Source: Candidatus Poseidoniaceae archaeon (lineage in GTDB: Archaea; Thermoplasmatota; Poseidoniia; Poseidoniales; Poseidoniaceae). Taken from it: DNA of 64,000 bases. Both the position numbers and the translations under genes were made by a program. Under the pieces are notes generated by a model. It was not told where the DNA came from, searched no databases, and worked only from the letters and a program-made list of their open reading frames with translations. The stretch spans positions 10,862 through 74,861 of the forward strand of contig JBMYVD010000003.1 of NCBI GenBank assembly GCA_049606035.1, read 5' to 3'. This document shows, piece after piece, positions 34,889 to 44,600 of the stretch (its first letter is position 1; each line of letters opens with the position of its first letter).

Positions 34889-37369
34889 ATGCGCTGGGCC
34901 GGTGATGTTGCAATAATCACCGGAAGGTACGTCTCTGAAGGCGATGCAACAATCATGGAATTGTGGTCACGTGCACGTTCTGGGGAATCTGTTTTACTTC
35001 GAGTACACGGGGTTAGGCCGTGGTTTGAGATTACTCCAAATGGAAGGTGGGAGAGTTCTGAGAATACTCCACCTTTGCCTGAAGTACAGGACGAAATAAC
35101 GGAAATTGTAGGTCCTGAAATGAAATGGACCTTCCTTGGAGAAAAGCCGGTTTGGAAGGTATTTGTTGCCCAGCCATTCATGGTGCCAAGGATTAGAGAA
35201 GAACTCAAAGGAAGATGGACTATTCTTTCTGGCGACATTCCTTTCGTCAATCGCTTCTTCCTAGATGGCGATTTTTCCATGCACGTTTCAGTTGATGGCG
35301 AGACGGGCGAGAGTGAGCACCCTGTGGATATTTGCCTCGAACTCACAATGGACGACGTATCACATTGCGACCCATTCCCAGCCCCCTTCAAAATATTCTC
35401 ATTTGACTTGGAGACCTCGATTGCACATGATACGATTCTTTGTGCTGCAGCGGTTATTGAGGATATGGGGACAGGAGAGAGAAGTCATCACACATTTGCT
35501 GAAGATGAGGCTACTATACTCAAGAAAATGACGCAGTTGATGCGAGAAAGCGACCCGGATATTATTACAGGTTACAATATTGATAATTTCGATATGGGCA
35601 GAATCGTAGATAGAGCAACCCTTCTCGCTAAGTCTAACAAAACCCTGCGTGCAGAACTAATGGGTTGGGGAAGGGTTTCAGAAAATGAAGAAGGTCGAAG
35701 AAGAGACACACTGATTCCTACAAGAGGAACAGCACGCGCATGGAATTTAGCAGGCAGGTGCGTTATGGATGCGTGGTGGCAAGCAAGACAGGCGCTAAGG
35801 CCACAAAGAGAGACACTAAAATTCGTATCAAGACTGCTTTTCCCAGATAATGAGGACATGCAGAAAATAGACGTGGACGCTTCAAAGATGGATGAGGAGT
35901 GGGCGAATAGACCTGATGAAGTACTCGAGTACTGCCTTCGTGATGCGGAGTTGCCCCTTGATATAATGCACAAAATTCAGGCATTCAGGAGAAAGGAAGC
36001 AGTTGCAGCAGTAGCGAAAGTTTCCCTCGATACGAGTGCGAATGGCACGACATCTCAGTTAATCGATTCACTAGTAATTAGATTGGCAGACAGAACATCA
36101 ATTGGAGTTCCACTCACAGGTTCTGCAGATAGAAAAGAAGGACAAATCGAGGGCGGATATGTTCACGATGTCCAAGCTGGCCTACACCGATGGGTAGCAA
36201 TTCTTGATTTCAAGTCCATGTACCCGTCAATAATGATTGGAAAAAACATCTGTTACACCACTAGAATTGATGACGGCAGTACAGATCAGCCGTCAGAAGA
36301 TGAGGAAATTCACGAGGCTCCTACTGGTGCTAAATTCAGGAATAAAACCGGTCGTAGAGGAATGGTTCCATTCCTTCTCGAGGATTTGATGGCTCAAAGA
36401 GACACTCACAAGGCTGGAATGAGGGGCGCAGAAGATGAGGCAACCAGGTCTTATCACGACCAAATGCAATATGCGGTGAAAATTTTGATGAATTCTTTTT
36501 ATGGAGTATTTGCGAGCGGATTCTATCGATTTACTCACAGACAGTTAGGTGAGTCGATTACAGCATGGGCTAGAAAAAATATCAAGACGATTATCCAAAA
36601 ACTCGGTGATGAAGGCCAGCACGTCGTTTATTCTGACACAGATTCTATTTTCGTAAAAACCCCGGTCGAAGGGGTTGATGACCCTAAGCAAGCGATGATC
36701 GATTTTGGACACAGCACCGCAGAGCGGTTTAGTGAAGCAAGTGCAGAGTTAGAATTTGAAACGGGTATGTCAGTATTCTTCAGTCACGGCGCAAAGAAAC
36801 GTTATGTCGGACAGGTAGTTTGGCCTAAGGAATCGATGATGGTCAAAGGATATGAGACTCAAAGAACAGATTCATTCCGCTACCTAACAGACGGTATGAA
36901 AGAGATATTCAAACACGTCTTAGCAGACGATTCAGAGGCTGCAATCAATCTTGCAATCGACACGATTGCTGCAGCTAGAAAGGGGGAAGTTCCAGTCAGA
37001 GACCTAATCATGAGTAAATCTTGCAAAGGTCGTTGGGACAAAAGAGCGAATGATGGCAAAGGTGCATGGGACTTCACCAAGGATTACGCCAATCCCGATT
37101 CGATGATTCAAGTTCGTGCAGCGCGGGCTCTAATCGACAAAGGCTTGCCATTTACTCCTGGCATGAAAATTGCGTACATCGTTACAAATTCCAAGAACCG
37201 CCCGCTTGAAATTAAACCATGGTTAGAAGAGGACCCGGTCACACAATACGATGGCCAATTTTACGCAGATAGACTTGCCACGGCCTTTGGAAGGGTTACT
37301 GAAGCGTTTAATTGGTCTGCTAAAGATTTGCTTGCCGGCAATCGTCAAACTTCTTTATTCTCATTTTGA
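34889..37369 (+). CDS. polB: Family-B DNA polymerase
   Basis: Exo I is FDLETS. The polymerase motifs are ILDFKSMYPSIM (motif A), KILMNSFYGV (motif B) and YSDTDSIFV (motif C). No intein-sized insertion is evident. Confidence 0.9.
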   Translation: MRWAGDVAIITGRYVSEGDATIMELWSRARSGESVLLRVHGVRPWFEITPNGRWESSENTPPLPEVQDEITEIVGPEMKWTFLGEKPVWKVFVAQPFMVPRIREELKGRWTILSGDIPFVNRFFLDGDFSMHVSVDGETGESEHPVDICLELTMDDVSHCDPFPAPFKIFSFDLETSIAHDTILCAAAVIEDMGTGERSHHTFAEDEATILKKMTQLMRESDPDIITGYNIDNFDMGRIVDRATLLAKSNKTLRAELMGWGRVSENEEGRRRDTLIPTRGTARAWNLAGRCVMDAWWQARQALRPQRETLKFVSRLLFPDNEDMQKIDVDASKMDEEWANRPDEVLEYCLRDAELPLDIMHKIQAFRRKEAVAAVAKVSLDTSANGTTSQLIDSLVIRLADRTSIGVPLTGSADRKEGQIEGGYVHDVQAGLHRWVAILDFKSMYPSIMIGKNICYTTRIDDGSTDQPSEDEEIHEAPTGAKFRNKTGRRGMVPFLLEDLMAQRDTHKAGMRGAEDEATRSYHDQMQYAVKILMNSFYGVFASGFYRFTHRQLGESITAWARKNIKTIIQKLGDEGQHVVYSDTDSIFVKTPVEGVDDPKQAMIDFGHSTAERFSEASAELEFETGMSVFFSHGAKKRYVGQVVWPKESMMVKGYETQRTDSFRYLTDGMKEIFKHVLADDSEAAINLAIDTIAAARKGEVPVRDLIMSKSCKGRWDKRANDGKGAWDFTKDYANPDSMIQVRAARALIDKGLPFTPGMKIAYIVTNSKNRPLEIKPWLEEDPVTQYDGQFYADRLATAFGRVTEAFNWSAKDLLAGNRQTSLFSF

Positions 37370-37423
37370 TGGATAGCCAAGAAGGGCAAGTATTGAATTG
37401 TACTGAGGGTTCAGGGTATAGTG

Positions 37424-38614
37424 ATGAAGCCTATCCTAATGGTGCTAGTATTCGTTTCGGCGAGTTTTGCTGGATGCCTTTCAAGCGAAGACTCAGCCAC
37501 ATCTCAGGTTGAGGCAATCTTCGATTTCGACCCTGATAAAAACATCAGGACTGATATGAATATCGAGTTCGATGGTGGAGCATCTTTGCCGGCTAACGGC
37601 GGTCTAACCTACAAGTGGGATTTCGACAGTGATGGAGCATATGATGACACTGGAAAGACCGCAACTTGGTCATATTCAAATGCTGGAGATTACGAAGTTA
37701 CTCTCACAGTCTCGGATGGTACCAATTCAAACTCCCAAACAAGGTCTCTGAAAGTAATCGATGCTGACGCTCAAGCCCCAAAAGCAGATGCGGGATCCGA
37801 TTCTCCAGTATCAGATTGTGAGGGTGAAAGCGTAAATTCTGGTTCTTACTATGTTGTATACATCTGTGAGATGGACAAGAGTACCTCCAGTAAGTCAATT
37901 TTGGCAAAGACAACTGTAACTCTTGACGCATCCGCTTCAGAACCATGTGAAGATGATAGTGAGCCTTGTGACGATTATATCGCAGAATACAATTGGGACC
38001 TAGACCTTCAAAGGGACGAAGATGGTGATGGTGACCCAGAAAATGATGCAGATTTGACAGGTGAAACTGTAGATTGGAAAGAACTGTCACCAGGTGAATA
38101 CAAAATTTCTCTAACAGTGACCAATGGTGAGGGCCTCACCAGTAGCGATGATGTGATTGTTTACGTCAACTACATCGGAAAGTGGAGCGATTTCTCTATC
38201 GGGGGCAATACATCGAATAATCCAGTAGACATTGACTTTACTTTCCCGGCCAATCAGGATACGGAATCTGGCAATACAATAAAGCGAGCAGCTGGAGAAT
38301 TGGTATATCCTAAGGAGGACAGTGACTGTACAGATGTAGTCCTTGGTGAAGGAAACAACTGTAGAGCTAAAATCGACCTTTACGGTTTCAATTCTACAGA
38401 CGAAGAGGCCGGTAACACCAGCGCTATCGGTGTAGACCAGAGAAGCAGTGGCGATTGCGATTCAGAAAACGATTGTGTCCTGCTTCAATTCACAGGGTCA
38501 TACCACTTCTCTGAATCATATTGGAAGGATGGTGAATGGACCATGACAATCAGAAACGAAATGGTCAATGATTTGGAGATAGAATCCCTGACGATTCGAT
38601 TGCTCTACAAGTGA
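37424..38614 (+). CDS. Secreted PKD-domain lipoprotein
   Basis: Lipobox SFAGC. The PKD signature is WDFDSDGAYDDTGKTATWSYSNAGDYEVTLTVSDG, with a second copy (WDLDLQRDEDGDGD...GEYKISLTVTNGEG). Confidence 0.8.
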   Translation: MKPILMVLVFVSASFAGCLSSEDSATSQVEAIFDFDPDKNIRTDMNIEFDGGASLPANGGLTYKWDFDSDGAYDDTGKTATWSYSNAGDYEVTLTVSDGTNSNSQTRSLKVIDADAQAPKADAGSDSPVSDCEGESVNSGSYYVVYICEMDKSTSSKSILAKTTVTLDASASEPCEDDSEPCDDYIAEYNWDLDLQRDEDGDGDPENDADLTGETVDWKELSPGEYKISLTVTNGEGLTSSDDVIVYVNYIGKWSDFSIGGNTSNNPVDIDFTFPANQDTESGNTIKRAAGELVYPKEDSDCTDVVLGEGNNCRAKIDLYGFNSTDEEAGNTSAIGVDQRSSGDCDSENDCVLLQFTGSYHFSESYWKDGEWTMTIRNEMVNDLEIESLTIRLLYK

Positions 38615-38722
38615 TGACTGGTCTTCATTCAGATTCTTATTTTGGGGTTGAAAATCCCGCAAACCGCGTCGCGGTCTTCAAATAGGGGTGGAATGTCGGC
38701 GGATTGCTAAGGAGAGAGCATT

Positions 38723-40018
38723 ATGGGATCTCAATGGGAAGATAAGAGTAAACCACACCGCAACATTGTGTTCATCGGACACGTTGACCACGGAAAGTCT
38801 ACTACAGTAGGTCGCCTACTTTTGGACTCTGGTCACATCGAAGAGCACGTAATTGAAAAGAACGAAAAACTAGCCGCTGAAAGTGGTAAGGCCGGATTCG
38901 GTCTTGCTTACGTTATGGACGGTCTAAAGGAAGAGCGCGAGCGCGGTATCACAATCGATGTCGCACACAAGGAATTCTTTACACCGAAGTACTACTGGAC
39001 CATCATCGATGCTCCAGGTCACCGTGACTTCGTAAAGAACATGATTACTGGTGCTAGCCAAGCAGACACAGCAGTTCTGCTATGTGCAGCAAACGACGGT
39101 GTCAACGCTCAGACTAAGGAGCACGCATTCCTTGCTAAGGTATTGGGTGTTTCAGAACTGATCATCCACGTTAACAAGATGGATATTTCCGGTGTTGACT
39201 GGTCAGAAGACAAGTACAAGGCAGCTTGTTCAGAAGTCACAAACCTACTAAAGATCGCAGGATTCGGCTCACAACTTGACCGCATTCCAATGATTCCAGC
39301 ATCCAGCCTAAACGGAGACAACGTCTTCGAGAAGTCCGACAAGTGCCCATGGTACTCCGGACCAACTCTATTCGAGGCTATCGATGCAGCACCAATGCCA
39401 AACAAGCCAATCGACAAGGCACTTCGCCTACCAATTCAGGACGTCTACAAGATCTCCGGTATCGGTACAGTACCAGTCGGTAAGATCGAGACAGGAACTC
39501 TGAACGTTGGAAAGACAGTAGTCTTCAACCCATCACAGAAGTCCGCTGAAGTCAAGTCTATCGAAATGCACCACACAATGGTCGACAAGGCTGAACCTGG
39601 TGACAACGTCGGTTTCAACGTCCGTGGACTAGCAGCAACAGACATCCGCCGTGGTGACGTTGCTGGATACTCTGACAGCGAGCCAACATACGTTCGCCAC
39701 GACGAGACATTCGTCGGTCAGATTCAGTTGATGGACATTCCAAAGGCAGTATCAGTTGGTTACACACCAGTATTCCACGCACACACCGCTCAGGTCGCAG
39801 TGCGCTTCCAGGAACTACTTGAGAAGACCAACAAGTCTGGTAAGGAAGCTAACCCGTCTTTCCTAAAGACTGGTGACGCATGTCTAATCCGTTTCCAGCC
39901 AACAAAGCCAATGGCTATTGAAGCAATGAACGAGTTCCCTGAACTTTCACGCTTCGCTATCCGTGACATGGGTAAGACCGTCGCAGCTGGCGTATGCATG
40001 AAGGTTGAGAAGAAGTGA
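38723..40018 (+). CDS. tuf: Translation elongation factor 1-alpha
   Basis: The GTPase motifs are GHVDHGKST, DAPGHRDF and NKMD. Length (431 aa) and domain II/III patterns match aEF-1alpha. AAGGAG lies upstream. Confidence 0.95.
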   Translation: MGSQWEDKSKPHRNIVFIGHVDHGKSTTVGRLLLDSGHIEEHVIEKNEKLAAESGKAGFGLAYVMDGLKEERERGITIDVAHKEFFTPKYYWTIIDAPGHRDFVKNMITGASQADTAVLLCAANDGVNAQTKEHAFLAKVLGVSELIIHVNKMDISGVDWSEDKYKAACSEVTNLLKIAGFGSQLDRIPMIPASSLNGDNVFEKSDKCPWYSGPTLFEAIDAAPMPNKPIDKALRLPIQDVYKISGIGTVPVGKIETGTLNVGKTVVFNPSQKSAEVKSIEMHHTMVDKAEPGDNVGFNVRGLAATDIRRGDVAGYSDSEPTYVRHDETFVGQIQLMDIPKAVSVGYTPVFHAHTAQVAVRFQELLEKTNKSGKEANPSFLKTGDACLIRFQPTKPMAIEAMNEFPELSRFAIRDMGKTVAAGVCMKVEKK

Positions 40019-40067
40019 GTTTGAGTTCCGACAGGACTACGATCCAACTGGAAGAGAGGTGCAAGTC

Positions 40068-40397
40068 ATGGCAGCAGTGACCATCATCAAACTAACTGGC
40101 GAGAACCATCGCGATATCGATGCAGTCGCAACACAGATCAAGACAATCTGTGACAACGGCGGCATCAGTTTGCGAGGGCCTATCCCATTACCAACACGAC
40201 GCCTTGTGGTACCAGTCCGCAAAGCTCCTGATGGTGAAGGCAGTGAAACCTACGATCACTGGGAAATGCGCATACACAAGCGCCTCCTAGAGATGGACAT
40301 CACTAGTGGAAAGGACGAAAGCGCTCTAAGACAGGTCGCTAGAATCCCAATTCCAGATACGGTTAGCATCGAATTGTCGATGCGCTCGATGAACTAA
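40068..40397 (+). CDS. rps10: 30S ribosomal protein S10
   Basis: LRGPIPLPTRRLVVPVRKAPDGEGSETYDHWEMRIHKRLLE is the uS10 core. It sits in the conserved position after EF-1alpha. The start is taken at MAAVTIIKL. Confidence 0.88.
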   Translation: MAAVTIIKLTGENHRDIDAVATQIKTICDNGGISLRGPIPLPTRRLVVPVRKAPDGEGSETYDHWEMRIHKRLLEMDITSGKDESALRQVARIPIPDTVSIELSMRSMN

Positions 40398-40438
40398 GAC
40401 TGACAATATTGTCAGGGGTGCCAATAGGCGCTAACCAC

Positions 40439-40507
40439 GACGAGTAGGCGGTGAGGATAGTTCAACTATCTCTCCACTCACCGCCTACTCGTCTTTTTTT
40501 TTTTTTT
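40439..40507 (+). terminator. Hairpin plus T14 terminator downstream of EF-1alpha-S10
   Basis: A perfect 17-bp inverted repeat, gacgagtaggcggtgag (40439-40455) and ctcaccgcctactcgtc (40477-40493), is followed immediately by 14 consecutive T (40494-40507). Confidence 0.7.
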
Positions 40508-40514
40508 AATTCCT

Positions 40515-41537
40515 TCAAAGTGTTGCAACTTCAGCAACACCAGATTCAACTAGATAGTTTGCAGTCATCTCGTCGAGGAATAGTACATCTCCTGCACCAA
40601 GAGTAATTTCTCCATCGATTGTGATGATTGGTTCATCTAGAGATTTTGTGATTCTTATTCTGAGTAATTCTCCTTCCATCGGTTCTGGAGTATCGTATAC
40701 CGGTGGTTCAGATTCGATTTCAGATTCAGCATCAGCAGCAGCCCATGCCGCGAAATCCATTTCTTCCTTCTTTTTTGAAGGTGCCAATTCCATTGCAGCA
40801 GCGTGATTTTCAACATTCACAGGCACATGTGTCTTAACTTCCTCAATTGGTTGTGAACCAGCCAATTCAGGGAATTCATCAGCTTTGGCCAACAACTCTT
40901 CATCGTCGAATGTTTCCTCAAGTGGTTCTTGATCGTCCTCTAAGGCGATTGTCGGTGGACCCTGTCCTGTGAGTCCACCGCTTTCTGGCACAAATGAGTC
41001 AAGTTGCGTTGTTCCAGGAGCCATCCTCAATTCTCTGTCCAAGTCTTCAGAAGAAATCCCCATTTGTATGCTGTTCCAGTTTACTGCTTGTTTGAACTTG
41101 TTCAGTTGTTCTGTCGCATTTGAGTAGAATTCCCTTTCTGCAGGGTCATGGCGGGACCAATCCATAGCAGCGAGGTCCTGACCACCTTGTCCTCCACCTT
41201 CAGTCCTTAGCGCCATACTTGCTGAATGTTGCATCAGGGCAACCATCCTTTTACGCGCTAATTCTGTAGCAGTACGCCTAACATTCGCTTGACGCTTTTG
41301 AAGAGTTTGCAATTTGAGAGAATTTCCTACAGTCTTGTAGGTGGTATGGATATCAATTTCAATAGTGTCTAGTAATTCTCCAACCTTCTTCCAAAAATCA
41401 CTTCGTGGAAGCGGCATTGGGACACTTCTGCCCACCTGTTGCCTAAGTGTTGAGAATAATTGTTCCTCGACCTCTTTGGCCTGTGTCGGATTCAATATGC
41501 TCCGTTCGGCCATGTGTAGTTCCGTGGCGCGGGACAC
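40515..41537 (-). CDS. Hypothetical protein, possibly GINS (Gins51-like) with long acidic linker
   Basis: The N-terminal helical region has LPRSDFWKKV...ELARKRMVAL, resembling the GINS A-domain pattern. The C-terminal LLRIRITKSLDEPIITIDGEITLGAGDVLFLDEMTANYLVESGVAEV resembles the GINS B-domain. About 140 acidic or low-complexity residues lie between. The function call is tentative. Confidence 0.35.
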   Translation of the reverse strand: MSRATELHMAERSILNPTQAKEVEEQLFSTLRQQVGRSVPMPLPRSDFWKKVGELLDTIEIDIHTTYKTVGNSLKLQTLQKRQANVRRTATELARKRMVALMQHSASMALRTEGGGQGGQDLAAMDWSRHDPAEREFYSNATEQLNKFKQAVNWNSIQMGISSEDLDRELRMAPGTTQLDSFVPESGGLTGQGPPTIALEDDQEPLEETFDDEELLAKADEFPELAGSQPIEEVKTHVPVNVENHAAAMELAPSKKKEEMDFAAWAAADAESEIESEPPVYDTPEPMEGELLRIRITKSLDEPIITIDGEITLGAGDVLFLDEMTANYLVESGVAEVATL

Positions 41538-41607
41538 CTATCAACCCTTCAGCCAAAATACCACTCAAAAAAAACGAAGATTGAAACCCTAGAGTATTGA
41601 GTTGCGT

Positions 41608-44600
41608 ATGGTGAACAACATAAGGCAAGCATTGACTCTTGTGATTCTAATGTTGCTCTCCCCATGGGCTTCAGCAGATATTGCGAGTTGGCAAGGGCCA
41701 AGTTCCACCCCAGATGATGCGGGCATGCAGCCCTCTAATTCGACATATGATGGCTTCCAAATTCCTACCAATTCAACCATCTCTTCATCGCATTTCTCTG
41801 TAGAACCCAAATGGGTTCTTGCTAGTGACAACGGCACTGTTTGGTCAGCGGATTCCGTAAATGGTTTCTCTAAAGGGGTCGTCAATGGCACTTCATACCT
41901 TACAGCAAACGGTGACCTAACATTAGCAACAAATTCTACATATGGTGAAATGACTGATTTTGAAACGATATCTCCCCAATTCGCACATTGGTCATCAGAG
42001 GGAGATGAATTCTGGTATCCAGTCAATCTTTCAGCGGTTTCATTTGGCCCAGAAAATTCTACTTCCGGAGATTTTGCAGCTGGCACAAACGGGACACTGA
42101 TGCCCGGTTCCTCAGGTTATATCAGGTCAGAATTTTGGCCGCTTCCTAATGTTGTCAGGTACTTTAACCTGTCATTCGATAGATGGAATTCACTAGATGT
42201 TGGAGACACAGCGGGGGTTCAGTATTCGATTGATAACGGTAGCAATTGGCAAACTCTTGACAATTGGACTGGAAACACTACCACATGGACACAGGAGATG
42301 TATTCGCTTGATTCACTAGTGCAAAATGCAACTAATATCGGTTTCAGATTTTATGTAAACAAACTCAATACTTCTGCAGCTACTGAGGGGTTATTCATCG
42401 ACTCTTTCAATTTGTCAAACCAAGGAGATCCACAAGCAGCATGGTTCCACGGCAACAAGAGTGGAGAATATTCACCTTATGCAGATGGAAATTTGATTGT
42501 ACCAGTAGATCTTAGTGGACTAACAGCACCTTTGGAATTGATTTACCAAGCGAATTGGGATATTCAAGGAGGGAATTATGATAATTTGGTAGTAATGATT
42601 TCTCAGGATAACGGAAGTAGTTGGACGATGATGAGTCCACTTCCTGGAGTTCCTGCACACGGAATTGGTGTCGGCGGTACAACTTACAACCAGCATTCAT
42701 GGGGTTGGAGAGAAATTATCCATCCCTTCCCTCATTGGGCAGCAGGGAGTTTGAATGCTTCGAACACTTTGCTAAAATTCCGTGTAACCACAGATAATTC
42801 AGTCAACCAAGGTGGCGCCGCAATAGATGATTGGGAAGGGATAATGATTGACGATTTGACAGTATTTTCCGGCGCAGGCTCGCAGAACTCTACAACCATA
42901 ATGTTGGAAAATTTTACAGACAACTCTGACCATTATCTTGTCAATGTTTCAGGTTATGCTAACGATTGGCAGTACATCGACTGGGAAGGATTCAACGGTC
43001 CTTGGTCTTCATATGACTCATTTGAAGAAGTTCAAGACCTTCCTGCCGGTTGGCGAATCGACCATGTCAGAGGCTCTACTTCTTGGGAGAGAGGAGTAAT
43101 CGACAATAGTAATGGATACGGTCCAAACGTTACTTTGTGGCCAAGCGGATTAAACGGAATGGGCATCAATCTTGATGGAATCTATTCGAATCATGTCTAT
43201 ACACATCTCATTTCTCCAAAATATAGAATTCCTGATGATGCGACAGCTAGATTGACATTCAATCACTGGATTTGTACAGAAACAGATTGGGATGGAGGTT
43301 CAATCTTCACATCTATTGATGATGGAATCACATGGCAACATTTTGGAAATAATATCTCAGGTTTCTATGACCGTACATCAACAGTTAATCCAAATTCTCC
43401 ATTCTATCAACTTGGAATTTTTGACGGCTCAACAGTGCCAAATGGTTGCGGCACTGCAAATCCTAGCCATACATTCTCTAGAGTCAGTGGCGATATCTCG
43501 CATTTGGCAGGAAATGATGTTCGAGTACGCTTCTCCTTTTTCACCGATACATACGTAGAAGATGATGGTTGGTATATTGACGATGCAGGAATTGTAATCG
43601 ATAGATTCCAGAGTAATGGGACATGGACTAGTCCATTAATCGATTCAGATTTTGCTGGATGGGCTCGACTAACGTCTCTGTACGAGATGCCAAATGAAAC
43701 GAGTGTGCTAGTAGATGTTCTTGATATAAACGACAAAATTATCGATAATCATTCAAATCTAACTTTACCATTTGACCTCAATATCGCAGCTTGGGAATAT
43801 GGACAACTAAAGTTCAAGGTCAAAATGTCCACAGAAAATGAGACAATAACACCCAGAGTCAAGATTCTTCACCACGGGATTACCGAGTACCTAAACCAAG
43901 AAATCTTAACAAGGCTTGACCCAAATCTACCCAGTTGGGTTCTCGATTCAGGCTCTGCATCATCGGTTTCGAGTGAATATTACTTCTCGCTTGATTTACC
44001 TAACTGGAGGCCATATGCCGATGTATTCATTGATTGTGAGGGCAATGTTTCCGGTCAAATTAGTTCACTCACAAATAGAATACCAGTGCTTGCATCAGGT
44101 ACCTTGCCAGTAGGCGGCCAAGGCACGATGATGGATGAGAATGAGTGTGGAAAGATACTAGAGAATGATTTCTCACCAGCCCAAGCCACAAGTATTGAGA
44201 TAAAAATAGAGCCAGGTGAGGTCTTCGATTGGATAAAAGTCGAACCCCTAACCCTACTCCCGCCTGAATCTCCCAGTATCGATTTGGGTGCTGATGGTGT
44301 AATTGATTGGATGTGGAATGGCTCATTCCATTATACAAATCAGATTTACAGATTGGAGGTAGACGGTATCGATACTACAATTTCTAACCCGTATGGGTTT
44401 GATTTAAATTACTCAGAATCATTGAATTTCTCAATCATTTTACCCGCAAGAAACCTCTCCAATAAAGCTTGGAATTGTGGTATAATCACTGAATGTTACC
44501 GTGGAGGTATCAATTTTGAAACGAATGGATACAATTCACCCACCTTGTCTGAAGATTATATCTGGATAGAAAATTCAGGTTTCTCGCATTTTGTCACAGA

